The notes under the pieces were generated by a model. The model had not been told where the DNA came from and did not search any database. It was given only the letters and a program-made list of their open reading frames with translations. A stretch of DNA of 64,000 nt from Eledone cirrhosa (taxonomy: Eukaryota), in NCBI GenBank assembly GCA_964016885.1, contig OZ024749.1, forward strand, positions 19,902,001-19,966,000. The letters run 5' to 3'. A program made the position numbers and the translations under genes. Positions 35,370 to 50,279 of the stretch are shown here, one piece after another. The first letter of the stretch is position 1. The number at the start of each line of letters is the position of its first letter.

Positions 35370-38300
35370 ATAACAACAACAACACCAGCACTACAACAAC
35401 AGCAACACTACAATAACAACAATACCAACCACTACAACAACAGCAACACTACAATATCAACAACACCATCACTACAACAACAGCAACACTACAGTAACAA
35501 CAACACCACCACTACAACAACAGCAACACTACAATAACAACAACACCAACCACTACAACAACAGCAACACTACAATAACAACAACACCATCACTACAACA
35601 ACAGCAACACTACAATATCAACAATACCAACCACTACAACAACAGCAGCACTACAATAACAACACCAACCACTACAGCAACAGCAACACTACAATAGCAA
35701 CAACACCATTACTACAACAACATCAACACTAAAATAACAACAACACCATCACTACAACAACAGCAACACTACAATAACAACAACACCAGCACTACAACAA
35801 CAGCAACACTACAATAACAACAACACCATCACTACAAAAACCGCAACACTACAATAACAACACCACCACCACTACAACAACAGCAACACTACAATAACAA
35901 CAACACCAGCACTACAACAACAGCAACACTACAATAACAACAACACCATCACTACAACCACAGCAACACTACAATAACAACAACACCATCACTACAAAAA
36001 CCGCAACACTACAATAACAACACCACCACCACTACAACAACAGCAACACTACAATAACAACAACACCAGCACTACAACAACAGCAACACTACAATAACAA
36101 CAACACCATCACTACAACCACAGCAACACTACAATAACAACAACACCATCACTACAAAAACCGCAACACTACAATAACAACACCACCACCACTACAACAA
36201 CTGCAACACTACAATAACAACGACACCACCACTACAACAACAGCAACACTACAATAACAACAGCACCATCACTACAACAACAGCAACACTACAATAATAA
36301 CAACAACACCACCACTACAACAACAGCAACACTACAATAACAACAACACCATCACTATAACAACAGCAACACTACAATAACAACAACACCATCACTACAA
36401 CAACAGCAACACTACAATAACAACAATACCAACCACTACAACAACAGCAACACTACAATAACAACAACACCATCACTACAACAACAGCAACACTACAATA
36501 ACAACAACACCATCACTACAACAACAGCAACACTACAATAACAACAATACCATCACTACAACAACAGCAACACTACAATAACAACAGCACCATCACTACA
36601 ACAACAGCAACACTACAATAACAACAATACCAACCACTACAACAACAGCAACACTACAATAACAACAACACCATCACTACAACAACAGCAACACTACAAT
36701 AACAACAACACCATCACTACAACAACAACTATAACTACAATAACAACAACACCATCACTACAACAACAGCAACACTACAATAACAACAACACCATCACTA
36801 CAACAACAGCAACACTACAATAACACCAACACCATCACTACAACAACAGCGACACTACAATAACAACAATACCATCACTACAACAACAGCAACACTACAA
36901 TAACAACAGCACCATCACTACAACAACAGCAACACTACAATAACAACAATACCAACCACTACAACAACAGCAACACTACAATAACAACAACACCATCACT
37001 ACAACAACAGCAACACTACAATAACAACAACACCATCACTACAACAACAACTATAACTACAATAACAACAACACCATCACTACAACAACAGCAACACTAC
37101 AATAACAACAACACCATCACTACAACAACAGCAACACTACAATAACACCAACACCATCACTACAACAACAGCGACACTACAATAACAACAACACCATCAC
37201 TACAACAACAGCAACACTACAATAACAACAACACCATCACTACAACAACAGCAACACTACAATAACACCAACACCATCACTACAACAACAGCAACACTAC
37301 AATAACAACAACACCATCACTACAACAACAGCAACACTACAATAACAACAATACCATCACTACAACAACAGCAACACTACAATAACAACAACACCATCAC
37401 TACAACAACAGCAACACTACAATAACAACAGCACCATCATTACAACAACAACAACACTACAATAACAACAACACCAACCACTGCAACAACAGCAACACTA
37501 CAATAATAACAACACCATGACTACAAAAACAGCAACACTACAATAACAACAACACCATCACTACAACAACAGCAACACTACAATAACAACAACACCTCAA
37601 TACAACAACAGCAACACTACAATAACAACAACACCATCACTACAACCACAGCAACACTACAATATCAACAACACCATCACTACAACAACAGTAACACTAC
37701 AATAACAACAACACCACCACTACAACAACAGCAACACTACAATAACAACAACACCAACCACTACAACAACAGCAACACTACAATAACAACAACACCATCA
37801 CTACAACAACAGCAACACTACAATATCAACAATACCAACCACTACAACAACAGCAGCACTACAATAACAACACCAACCACTACAGCAACAGCAACACTAC
37901 AATAACAACAACACCATTACTACAACAACATCAACACTAAAATAACAACAACATCATCACTACAACAACAGCAACACTACCATAACAACAACACCAGCAT
38001 TACAACAACAGCAACACTACAATAACAACAACACCATCACTACAACCACAGCAACACTACAATAACAACAACACCATCACTACAAAAACCGCAACACTAC
38101 AATAACAACACCACCACCACTACAACAACAGCAACACTACAATAACAACGACACCACCACTACAACAACAGCAACACTACAATAACAACAGCACCATCAC
38201 TACAACAACAGCAACACTACAATAATAACAACAACAACACCACCACTACAACAACAGCAACACTACAATAACAACAACAGCAACACTACAATAACAACAA

Positions 38301-39830
38301 CACCATCACTACAACAACAGCAACACTACAATAACAACAATACCAACCACTACAACAACAGCAACACTACAATAACAACAACACCATCACTACAACAACA
38401 GCAACACTACAATAACAACAACACCATCACTACAACAACAGCAACACTACAATAACAACAATACCATCACTACAACAACAGCAACACTACAATAACAACA
38501 GCACCATCACTACAACAACAGCAACACTACAATAACAACAATACCAACCACTACAACAACAGCAACACTACAATAACAACAACACCATCACTACAACAAC
38601 AGCAACACTACAATAACAACAACACCATCACTACAACAACAACTATAACTACAATAACAACAACACCATCACTACAACAACAGCAACACTACAATAACAA
38701 CAACACCATCACTACAACAACAACAACACTACAATAACACCAACACCATCACTACAACAACAGCGACACTACAATAACACCAACACCATAACTACAACAA
38801 CAGCAACACTACAATAACAACAACACCATCACTACAACAACAGCAACACTACAATAACAACAATACCATCACTACAACAACAGCAACACTACAATAACAA
38901 CAACACCATCACTACAACAACAGCAACACTACAATAACAACAGCACCATCATTACAACAACAACAACACTACAATAACAACAACACCAACCACTGCAACA
39001 GCAGCAACACTACAATAATAACAACACTATGACTACAACAACAGCAACACTACAATAACAACAACATCATCACTACAACAACATCAACACTACAATAACA
39101 ACAACACCTCACTACAACAACAGCAACACTACAATAACAACAACACCATCACTACAACAACAGCAACACTACAATATCAACAACACCATCACTACAACAA
39201 CAGTAACACTACAATAACAACAACACCACCACTACAACAACAGCAACACTACAATAACAACAACACCATCACTACAACAACAGCAACACTACAATAACAA
39301 CAACACCATCACTACACAACAGCAACACTACAATAACAACAACACCATCACTACAACAACAGCAACACTACAATAACAACAACACCATCACTACACAACA
39401 GCAACACTACAATAACAACAACACCATCACTACAACAACAGCAACACTACAATAACAACAACACCATCACTACAACAACAGCAACACTACAATAACAACA
39501 ACACCATCACTACAACAACAGCAACACTACAATAACAACAACACCATCACTACAACAACAGCAACACTACAATAACAACAACACCATCACTATAACAACA
39601 GCAATACTACAATAACAACAACATCATCACTACAACAACAGCAACACTACAATAACAACAACACCATCACTACACAACAGCAACACTACAATAACAACAA
39701 TACCAACCACTACAACAACAGCAACACTACAATAACAACAACACCATCGCTACAACAACAGCAACACTACAATAACAACAACACCATCACTACAACAACA
39801 GCAACACTACAACAACAACACCATCACTAC
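35370..39830. repeat. (AAC)n-derived 40-bp satellite (~110 copies)
   Basis: Unit ACTACAACAACAGCAACACTACAATAACAACAACACCATC; period 40 at 35761/35801. Confidence 0.95.
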
Positions 39831-41058
39831 AACAACAACAATACCAACCAATACAACAACTATAACAACTGCAAAAATAACAATAACACCAACAACCACT
39901 ATAACTACAACAATAACAACAACTGTAACTACAACAACAATAACAACAACAACACAAGCAACTATACCAATAACAACTGTAACAACTACAACAACAGCAA
40001 GAACAATAACACCACCAACAACTGTAACAAAAACAACAACAGCAAGAACAATAACACCACCAACAACAACTGTAACAACAACAACAACAACAGCAAGAAC
40101 AATAACACCACCAACTACAACTGTAACAACAACAACAACAGCAACAGCAATAACACCACCAACAACAACAGCAAGAGCAATAACACCACCAACAACAACT
40201 GTAACAACAACAACAACAGCAAGAACAATAACACCACCAACAACAACTGTAACAACAACAACAACAACAGCAAGAACAATAACACCAACAACAACTGTAA
40301 CAACAACAACAACAGCAAGAACAATAACACCACCAACAACAACTGTAACAACAACAACAACAACAGCAAGAACAATAACACCAACAACAACTGTAACAAC
40401 AACAACAACAGCAAGAACAATAACACCACCAACAACAACTGTAACAACAACAACAACAACAACAGCAAGAACAATAACACCACCAACAACAACTGTAACA
40501 ACAACAACAACAGCAAGAACAATAACACCACCAACAACAACTGTAACAACAACAACAACAGCAAGAACAATAACACCACCAACAACAACTGTAACAACAA
40601 CAACAACAACAGCAAGAACAATAACACCACCAACAACAACTGTAACAACAACAACAACAGCAAGAACAATAACACCACCAACAACAACTGTAACAACAAC
40701 AACAACAACAGCAAGAACAATAACACCACCAACAACAACTGTAACAACAACAACAACAGCAAGAGCAATAACACCCACAACTACAACTGTAACAACAACA
40801 ACAGCAAGAGCAATAACACCGACAACTACAACTGTAACAACAACAGCAAGAGCAATAACACCACCAACAACAACTGTAACAACAACAACAACATTGGCAA
40901 TAACACCAACAACAACAGCACCTGTAACAACAACAACAATGGCAATAACACCAGCAACCGTAACAACAACAACAACAGCAACAATGCCAATAACACCAAC
41001 AAGCGTAACAACAACAACAACAACACCCATAACAACGACAACAACAACAACAGTAACA
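39830..41058. repeat. Second (AAC)n-derived array with ~45-54-bp units
   Basis: GCAAGAACAATAACACCACCAACAACAACTGTA(ACA)n. Confidence 0.9.
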
Positions 41059-41289
41059 TTAGAATTTATCAAAGCAGTTTGTATTACTGCAATTATATAA
41101 AGATATTATTTAACAATAAAAAATTAGTCATTGTCATTTTTGTCATCATCATCATCACCATCATCACACCACCACTCCCACCACCATCATCATCATTATA
41201 CCACCACCACCACCACCACCCTCACCACAATCATCATCATCATCATCATCACTGTTGTTGGATCTATTATAAAGTTGATGTGTGTGTAG

Positions 41290-43150
41290 GACGGTGAGGT
41301 GGAAGAATTGTTAGGGCAGGTGTGTATGACGGTGAGGTGGAAGAGATGTTAGGGCAGGTGTATATGACAGTGAGGTGGAAGAATTGTCATGGCAGGTGTG
41401 TGTGACGGTGAGGTGGAAGAGATGTTAGGGCAGGTGTGTGTGACGGTGAGGTGGAAGAGTTGTTAGGGCAGGTGTATGTGATGGTGATGTGGAACAATTG
41501 TTAGGGCAGGTGTGTGTGATGGTGAGGTGGAAGAGTTGTTAAGGCAGGTGTATGTGACGGTGAGGTGGAAGAGTTGTTAAAGCAGGTGTGTGTGACGGTA
41601 AGGTGGAAGAGTTGTTAGGGCAGGTGTGTGTGACGGTGAGGTGGAAGAGTTCTTAGGGCAGGTGTGTGTGACGGTGAGGTGGAAGAATTGTTAGGGCAGG
41701 TGTGTGTGACGGTGAGGTGGAAGAATTGTTAGGGCAGGTGTGTATGACGGTGAGGTGGAAGAATTGTTAGGGCAGGTGTGTGTGACGGTGAGGTGGAAGA
41801 ATTGTTAGGGCAGGTGTGTATGACGGTGAGGTGGAAGAATTGTTAGGGGAGGTGTGTGTGACGGTGAGGTGGAAGAATTGTTAGGGCAGGTGTGTGTGAC
41901 GGTGAGGTGGAAGAGTTGTTAAGGCAGGTGTGTGTGACGGTGAGGTGGAAGAATTGTTAGGGCAGGTGTGTGTGACGGTGAGGTGGAAGAATTGTTAGGG
42001 CAGGTGTGTATGACGGTGAGGTGGAAGAATTGTTAGGGCAGGTGTGTGTGACGGTGAGGTGGAAGAGTTGTTAGGGCAGGTGTGTGTGATGGTGAGGTGG
42101 AAGAGTTGTTAAGGCAGGTGTATGTGACGGTGAGGTGGAAGAGTTGTTAGGGCAGGTGTGTGTGACGGTGAGGTGGAAGAGTTGTTAGGGCAGGTGTGTG
42201 TGACGGTGAGGTGGAAGAGTTGTTAGGGCAGGTGTGTGTGACGGTGAGGTGGAAGAATTGTTAGGGCAGGTGTGTATGACGGTGAGGTGGAAGAATTGTT
42301 AGGGCAGGTGTGTGTGACGGTGAGGTGGAAGAGTTGTTAGGGCAGGTGTGTGTGACGGTGAGGTGGAAGAATTGTTAGGGCAGGTGTGTGTGACGGTGAG
42401 GTGGAAGAATTGTTAGGGCAGGTGTGTGTGACGGTGAGGTGGAAGAATTGTTAGGGCAGGTGTGTGTGACGGTGAGGTGGAAGAGTTGTTAAGGCAGGTG
42501 TGTGTGACGGTGAGGTGGAAGAATTGTTAGGGCAGGTGTGTGTGACGGTGAGGTGGAAGAATTGTTAGGGCAGGTGTGTATGACGGTGAGGTGGAAGAAT
42601 TATTAGGGCAGGTGTGTGTGACGGTGAGGTGGAAGAATTGTTAGGGCAGGTGTGTGTGACGGTGAGGTGGAAGAGTTGTTAGGGCAGGTGTGTGTGACGG
42701 TGAGGTGGAAGAGTTGTTAGGGCAGGTGTGTGTGACGGTGAGGTGGAAGAGTTGTTAGGGCAGGTGTGTGTGACGGTGAGGTGGAAGAATTGTTAGGGCA
42801 GGTGTGTATGACGGTGAGGTGGAAGAATTGTTAGGGCAGGTGTGTGTGACGGTGAGGTGGAAGAGTTGTTAGGGCAGGTGTGTGTGACGGTGAGGTGGAA
42901 GAATTGTTAGGGCAGGTGTGTGTGACGGTGAGGTGGAAGAATTGTTAGGGCAGGTGTGTATGACGGTGAGGTGGAAGAATTGTTAGGGCAGGTGTGTGTG
43001 ACGGTGAGGTGGAAGAGTTGTTAGGGCAGGTGTGTGTGACGGTGAGGTGGAAGAATTGTTAGGGCAGGTGTGTGTGACGGTGAGGTGGAAGAATTGTTAG
43101 GGCAGGTGTGTGTGACGGTGAGGTGGAAGAGTTGTTAGGGCAGGTGTGTG
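41290..43150. repeat. 38-bp G-rich minisatellite (~49 copies)
   Basis: GACGGTGAGGTGGAAGA(A/G)TTGTTAGGGCAGGTGTGTGT; period 38 at 41708/41746. Confidence 0.96.
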
Positions 43151-43375
43151 TGTGTGTGAGAGAGAGAATGTGTTGTGGTTTGTTCTGTGTGACTCTCTGA
43201 TTCCAGAGTTCAAATCCTGCCAGGGTCAACTTTATTTGTCTATGGACAGGGTCGTGGGGGAGGGGAGGGGTTTGATGATCTGGAAGGTTCTTAGATTAAT
43301 ATAAAGACTTAGAAATAAACAGTTTTGTATTGTGGAACCATAGGTGATTTTACTGTTCTTTGAAAGGAAACATAA

Positions 43376-43685
43376 AAAACTTTCCATCATAATTTTATGA
43401 AAGAACCTTTATTAAGTTATGTTCCAAACACTCCTAGTTCTACACTACAAAACTCTTTACTGCCTATATTAATCTAAAAAACTTTCCATCATGATTTTAT
43501 GGAAGAACCTTTGTTAAGTTATGTTCCAAACACCCCTGGTTCTAGTGTACAAAACTCTTTACTCTAAAAGTGTTTATATTTATCTCAAAGAACTTTCCAT
43601 CATAATTTTATGTAAGAACCGTTGTTAAGTTATGTTCCAAACACTCATGGTTCTACAGTATAAAACTCATTACTCTAAAGTGTTT
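43376..43685. repeat. Degenerate ~100-110-bp tandem repeat (3 copies; related segments continue to ~44350)
   Basis: ACTTTCCATCATAATTTTATG...TTAAGTTATGTTCCAAACAC at ~43379, 43481 and 43592. Confidence 0.75.
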
Positions 43686-43689
43686 ATGA

Positions 43690-43930
43690 CAGTCAATCGA
43701 CAAGATCCCATACCTCATTCGCTTAACGAGTGGGGTCGAGCTCGTCAAATTGGACCGAGGAAACAATGTTTCCATTGGTCTTCCCAATTGCTAATACTAT
43801 CTGTTGGTTGCAAGTCCAGGCAGAAGGAGCAATGGGAAATAAAGTGTCTTGCATCACTAAGTTCGAGAATCAAAATCACAACCTCATGATTGCGAATCCA
43901 ATTCTCTAACCACACAGCCACATGCCTTCA
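43690..43930 (-). mobile_element. Degenerate tRNA-derived SINE
   Basis: A-box-like TGGCTGTGTGGTTAG, then GCAAGACACTTTATTTCCCATTGCTCC; similar to 57870-58020. Confidence 0.6.
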
Positions 43931-44604
43931 CAATAAAGCTTTTATATTTATCTAAAAACCTTCCATCATAATTTTATGTAAGACCATTATCCATTATGTT
44001 CTATGTTAACCCTCAGATTCAATGAACTGAAACCACCCATTTCAAAGGGTTCTTGTTTGAATTAAATATTATTTAAGAACCATTTGTTAACTCTTTTAAT
44101 ACCAACACAGCCAAAACCAGCTCTGATTCTGTGAAACAAAACCACCCATTTTAAAGGGTTCCTATTTAAATAAATATCTCCCAACATAATTTTATATAAG
44201 AACTATGTGTTAAGCTATTGTCTTTGTAATGAAATAGTTACGAATTTTAGTAAATCACTCAAAATTCTTCATTAATTGAAATATAGAGTCCTATTTGAAT
44301 TAAAATCTTTCAACATAATTTTATATAAGAACCGTATGTTAACTTACTATCTTAGTAATTAAACAATTACTGAATACACTCATGTAAAAGTTGAATTTTT
44401 CTGACCATTTTTAAGGTTAAATTTATGGGGTCGACTCTCACATAGATACTACTTTTGAGGAGTTTGAAATTCAAGCTAGAATCCAAAGTACCGTACCAGT
44501 AACAGAAGCCTAACTGTGTATGTATATATATATGTGTATGTATATATATATGTGTGTATATATATATGTGTGTGTGTGTGTATATATATGTGTGTGTGTA
44601 TATA

Positions 44605-45856
44605 CAGGGTGCGGACGATATTTGTTCGCAAGATTACTGTCTAGGAAAAAATAACACAGTAGTTTTATTTTTTAAGATATATTTATCAAACTTGGGTCAG
44701 CTTGTCTTCATGACTTGTTCTTTCGATCTCACTCAATAAACCTGCCATTGGCTTTGATGACGGCCTCAAGGCGGCCTCGGAACCGGCTACAGGCCTTCGT
44801 CACTGTTCCCCGACTTAGGCCCCTAAAGGCCTTCAGATCGTCTTTCGAATTGCAGCTAGATCTGTTGGTGAGTCGTTCCACTGCGCCCCACACAAAGGAG
44901 TTGAGGGGGTTGTAGTCAGGCGAGCTGGGAGGCCAGATGTCAGGTGAAGTGTGGTCGACGAAGTTCTCTGACAGCCAGGCTTGGGTCTTTCGGCTGGTAT
45001 GGCAGGGCGCTGAGTCTTGCTGCCACATGTACGGCCTACCTGCAGCTACCTGGTCGACTCAGTAGTCATCGGTGTTCAGCTTGCGGCCCTCAGGGAAGAA
45101 GTGAGGTGGTATGACGTCACCTTGACTACTGACGACACCTAAGACCAATGTTGTCGCTGGAAACTTTGTCTGCACGACTCTGGGCATGTCTTTGGATGAG
45201 ACAGCGAGCCACCTGTTGTTCTGGGAGTTGATCTTCTGGTCTTGGCAGAAGTTTTTCTCATCGGAGAAAAACCACAGCATGTCTGGCTCCAGTGGGTGTT
45301 TCAACTTGTTGACCAGCTTCTTTGCGTGCTTCAGTCACTTTTCTTGCATCGCCTTTGACAGAAATTGTCCTTTCCTCATCTTGTATGAAACGTAGCGAAT
45401 GTCTTCATGTACCACCAGCCTAATGAGCTTTTCATCCACGCTTTTCTCCCTTGCAATGGCACGCATCGACTTGCTAGGTTCATTGTTGATGATATCCTGA
45501 ACTTCAGCAACGAACTCGGGCGTTCTGAGGGTGTCAGATCGTCGATCATGTGTTTTCCTCTCTGATGTTGCTTCGTAGTCGAATCCTGAATCTTCCAATT
45601 CCTTTCTGACCTCCTGCTGACGCTGCTGAGAAAGTCTGAAATTTCCTTATTTGTCCTCCTGGCGCGGATTCCAAGAAGAACTCTGTGTCTCTTCCACAAA
45701 TTTGGAGGTTCAAAATTATTCATAATCAATTATTCTGAAAATAAATAATGGAAATATAGTCACTGTTTTTATGAAGGCAAGAGTGACAACGGAAGTGAAA
45801 AAATTTGCATAAAAATTAGCAGTTGAAAATTGCGAACAAATATCGTCCACACCCTG
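44605..45856 (-). mobile_element. Tc1/mariner DNA transposon, DD37D (maT) type, defective
   Basis: 27-bp TIRs CAGGGTG(C/T)GGACGATATTTGTTCGCAA at 44605-44631 and 45830-45856; TA TSD. Confidence 0.93.
44729..45729 (-). pseudogene. Transposase pseudogene
   Basis: FFSDEK, WQQDSAPCH, WPPSSPDYNPLN. There are 37 residues between the second D and the third catalytic position, which is N here. Several stops and frameshifts. Confidence 0.9.
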
Positions 45857-46169
45857 TATATATATGTGTGTGTGTGTATATATATATGTGTGTGTATATA
45901 TATATATATGTGTGTGTATATATATATATATATGTGTGTGTATATATATGTGTGTGTGTATATATACATGTGTGTGTATATACATGTGTGTGTGTATATA
46001 TACATGTGTGTGTATATACATGTGTGTGTGTATATATATATATGTGTGTGTGTGTATATATATACATGTGTGTGTGTGTGTGTATAGAAAGGTAGTGCTG
46101 GACAATGGTCTGCATTGATCAACCCAATGGGAGTCTGTATACTTATGATGTGTCATGTTGTTAATGGCA

Positions 46170-46842
46170 ACAGTGGTGGTGGTGATAGTAGTGACTGTTA
46201 TGGCGGTGGTGGTGGTGTAGTGGCAGTGGTGGTGGTGGTGGTGGTGGTGATGGTGATGATGATGGTCGTGATGATGATGATAATATTGGTGGTGATGGTG
46301 GAGGTGATGGTGGTGATGGTGATGGTGATGATGGTGGTGATGGTGATGGAGGTGATGATGATAATATTGGTGGTGATGGTGGAAGTGATGGTGGTGATGA
46401 TGATGGTGGAGGTGATGATGATGATGGAGGTGATGATGATGGTGGTGATGGTGATGATGGAGGTGATGATGATAGTGGTGATGTTGATGGTGGAGGTGAT
46501 GGTGGTGATGGTGATGGTGGAGGTGATGGTGGTGATGGTGATGGTGATGATGATGGTGGTGATGATGATGATAATATTGGTGGTGATGGTGGAAGTGATG
46601 ATGGTGATGGTGGAGGTGATGATGATGGTGGTGATGATGATAGTGGTGATGTTGATGGTGGAGGTGATGGTGGTGATGGTGATGGTGGAGGTGATGGTGG
46701 TGATGGTGGAGGTGATGGTGATAGTGATGATGATGATAATATTGGTGGTGATGGTGGAAGTGATGGTGGTGATGGTGATGATGATGGTGGTGATGGTGGT
46801 GATGGAGATGGTGATGGTGATGATGGAGGTGATGGTGATGAC
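46170..46842. repeat. (GAT/GGT)n trinucleotide tract
   Basis: Direct reading; followed by TG/TA-rich tracts to ~47410. Confidence 0.9.
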
Positions 46843-48348
46843 TGATTTATAGTTTTCAAACTAATTAACGCAGTATGTATGTATAATAAGTTGTGCGTGT
46901 GTCTGATGGAGTGTGTATGTATGTGCATGTGTGTGTCTGATGGAGTGTGTGTGTGTGTGTGGGTGTGTCTGATGGAGTGTGTGCATGTGTGTGTGATTAG
47001 GTATTCTAGTGTGTGAGGTTGTATGTATGCTGGTGTGTGTGGTGGTTGTGTATCTGTGTGTGTAATTGTTGTGTATGTATGTATATGTGTATATAATATG
47101 TATATGTGTATATATAGTATGTATGTGTGTGTGTATATATGGTATGTATGTATGTGTGTATATATATGGTATGTATGTATGTGTGTACATATAGTATGTA
47201 TGTATATATGGTATGTATGTATATATGGTATGTATGTATGTGTGTATAAATGGTATGTATGTATATGTGTATATATGGTTTGTATGTATGTATATGTATA
47301 TACATAGTATGTATGTATGTGTGTATATATGGTATATATGTGTATATATATGGTATGTATGTATGTATATGTATATATATAGTATGTATGTATGTATGTG
47401 TGTATATATTTTATTTTATTTTTTATTTATTTATAAATTTTTTTTTTTTCTCCTCGTGCAATGGCCATACTCGATAACGAAGGGGCAGCCATCATCATGT
47501 GTGTATATATGGTATGTATGTTTGTATGTCTTGTTTCCTAGTCCATAAAGTGAAAGGAGCTATGAATATTTTCTTGTTTACAGAATGTACTGTGTGTATT
47601 TTATCATGGCACCAGCATTAGTGTGGTTACCTTGCCTGTTGCAAGGCTGAAGAGTTCTCTCCCTTGTCTGTAGTTACTGTTCTTTGAAAGGAAACATAAT
47701 TGAGATTGGAAAGGGACATTGATACCCAAGAGATGGAAAAATTAGAGAGAGAGAGTATGAATATGAATGTGAAGTGGGGAGGGGAAAGTAATAGGGTGAT
47801 AGATGGGGGAGAGAGAGGGTGGAAACTACATGTTGGTTGTTGGTAGTTTGTTGGAAGTTGAATAAAAACCAGCATGAGCAATGTGATGGGATAGCAATAT
47901 TTTGTGTCATGGTAGGAGAGATGGAGTTATGAATGTATATATGTATATATATATCATCATCATCATCATTTTACGTCCGCTTTTCCCTGCTTGCAAGGGT
48001 GGGACGGGTCTTATTCAGCACAGCATCTCTCCACTTGTCACGGTCCTTTGTCATCTCCACCGTGAGCTTCAGCGATCTGAGGTCTGTTCTCACCACCATC
48101 ATATATATATATATAATCATCATGTCTGTTTTACTCTATTTGCAAAGATTAGATGAGTTCTCATCAGTATGGCTTCACTCGATTTGCCCCTCTCCTTTGA
48201 CATCATCTTTGTGAATTTCAGCTTTCCTGACATCTTCTTTGTTGTTTTTCTGCAGCTTCCTTCTACTAGGAAGTCCTGGCATGATTCATCCAAGACTTCT
48301 TTACTCACATGTATTACATGTTTCTTCTGCACCCTGGAAAAAAGAACA

Positions 48349-48578
48349 TTAACCCATTAAAATTTACATTACTCCATATTTACTATTGTATATTCATGGT
48401 AAAGGCTTTATCTGACATAATTATCTCACATAATCTCGAGTCTACAAGATTTTGATGATGTTATTATTTATTTTAAGAATGATATCTTAACATTGGTGTG
48501 AGCTGCTGGTTACAGCTGGTTTCAAAAAGGGGAAAGAATCCTGGCCAGATACAGCCAGTTTAAATGCTAAACGGTTAA
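48349..48578. mobile_element. Complete TTAA-flanked MITE (~230 bp)
   Basis: TTAACCCATTAAAATTTA ... TAAATGCTAAACGGTTAA. Confidence 0.7.
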
Positions 48579-48985
48579 CTCTTAAAGACCTGCAATAATT
48601 TGACATAAAATACCTAAAAATGTGTTTGTTACTTCAACTATTTATAGTATGTTTACAAATGGAGACAGATTGTTTTGAAAATTTCTAGTATTAGAGTAAA
48701 GACATTAATTTTAAATGTGCTGGGTTTGTACCTTTCAATAATGTCTTTCACATATGGTTTCATGTGGTTTGTTAATGTAAATGTTTATAGTATCTTTACT
48801 GGTTGACAGTTTGTTGAGAAAATTTGCAGTAATAGAGTAAAAACTTTATCTTTCAAAGTGATGTAGCAATAGTGTTGTTTTGTACTTTTCAAGATTATCA
48901 TGCTAATGTGATATAGAATGTTAAGAGTTGAAAGATGATTATATGTATGTATGTATGTGTGTGAGTGTGTGTGTATATATATATA

Positions 48986-49799
48986 TCATCATCATCATCA
49001 TCGTTTTACGTCCGTTCTTCCACGCTAGCATGGGTTAGACGGGTTGTCCTGTTGTGGGCAGTGTCCGGTCAGCTGACCTTGTCTTGTTCATACGGGAACT
49101 GATTCTGACTTGATTTCTACAGCTGGATGCCCTTCCTAATACCAACCTCATTTTATAGTGAGTGCTGGGTGCTTTTTTTCCGTGGTGCCTACACGTCCTC
49201 TTTACAGTGTGGGCTGGGTGCTTTTTTGCCGTGGCATCTCCACGACCACTTTGCAGTGGGAGGGTGTGGGGGCATATTGTCTATATGCTTCAGCTTCAGC
49301 TTGTACCTGTGGGGGAGTCGGGTCTTCTGTATTACTGCATGACGCCAGCGGTCACGGTCGTGGGCCATTGCCTTTGAGAGATGTGATTGGGTAAGGTCGG
49401 CTTTTATCACCTCATCCCATATCTTCTTGGGTCTCCCCACTCCGCAGTTTCCATCAACTTCTAGTGCTCTGCACCTTTTTATGCAGCTGTCATCCTTCAT
49501 ACGCATCACATATCCATACCAACGCAACCTCCTCTCCTGCACACAGCATTTGATTCTTCTTATGTTCAATCTCTCTCTCAATTCATTTATGCTTTGCTGT
49601 TTGCGTATATTACTATTACACACTCATCGGAGCATGCAGGCTTCGTTTCTTTCTAATCTAGGCAAGTCTTCCACAGACAGCGCCCAGGTCTCACTACCAT
49701 GTAACATTGCTGTTCGTATACACGCATCATACAGTCTGCCTTTCATTTTGAGGGAAAAGCCTTTTGCAGCTAGCAGTGGCAGTAGCTCCCTGAACTTCC
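48986..49799 (-). mobile_element. RTE family A (A2) 3' fragment
   Basis: WKFRELLPLL..GSETW..RRLRWYG..GRPKKIW; UTR; (GAT)n tail abutting (TA)n. Confidence 0.9.
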
Positions 49800-50279
49800 A
49801 ATACACATACAAACATACATCATAATCCTCATCATCATCATTTAACATCTATTTCCATGCTTGCATGAGTTAGACAGGTCGCCCACATGAAACAAGTCTG
49901 GCCAGCTGGCCACGATGGAACTGTATTTTGGCTGGGATTTTTACTGCTGGGTACCCTTCCTGAAGGCGACAACATCATATTCATTTGTTGCTGTGCTCAT
50001 AATTGTTTTGGAATTAATACACTGGTTGGATGCCCTTCCTAACACCAGTGCCACTTTACAGCATGGACTGGGTGCTTTTATTTGTGCCACCAGCACTACA
50101 GAGGATGTCTCAGTGGACTCATGGGCCCTCTCTACTCCTCCCTTTTACAGCATGGTCATAACAATAATAATAACACTATTAATAATTATTAATTAATATG
50201 CAATGCCTGTGCGTGAAGAATATTTTTTTTAGAGTGAGGAAAGACTGTGTACTGAGCCAATCCCACTCTCTGAGCGACA

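Noticed and set aside
39736-41100. Mucin-like Thr-rich (+) and Val- or Leu-rich (-) long ORFs
   Set aside because: Open frames arise from AAC triplet slippage; no signal peptide or convincing splice sites; the adjacent 40-bp array breaks frame
41290-43150. Interstitial telomere
   Set aside because: Only one TTAGGG per 38-bp unit; no tandem (TTAGGG)n
46115-46928. Met/Val-rich and Ser/Pro-rich ORFs
   Set aside because: Translations of the (GAT/GGT)n tract
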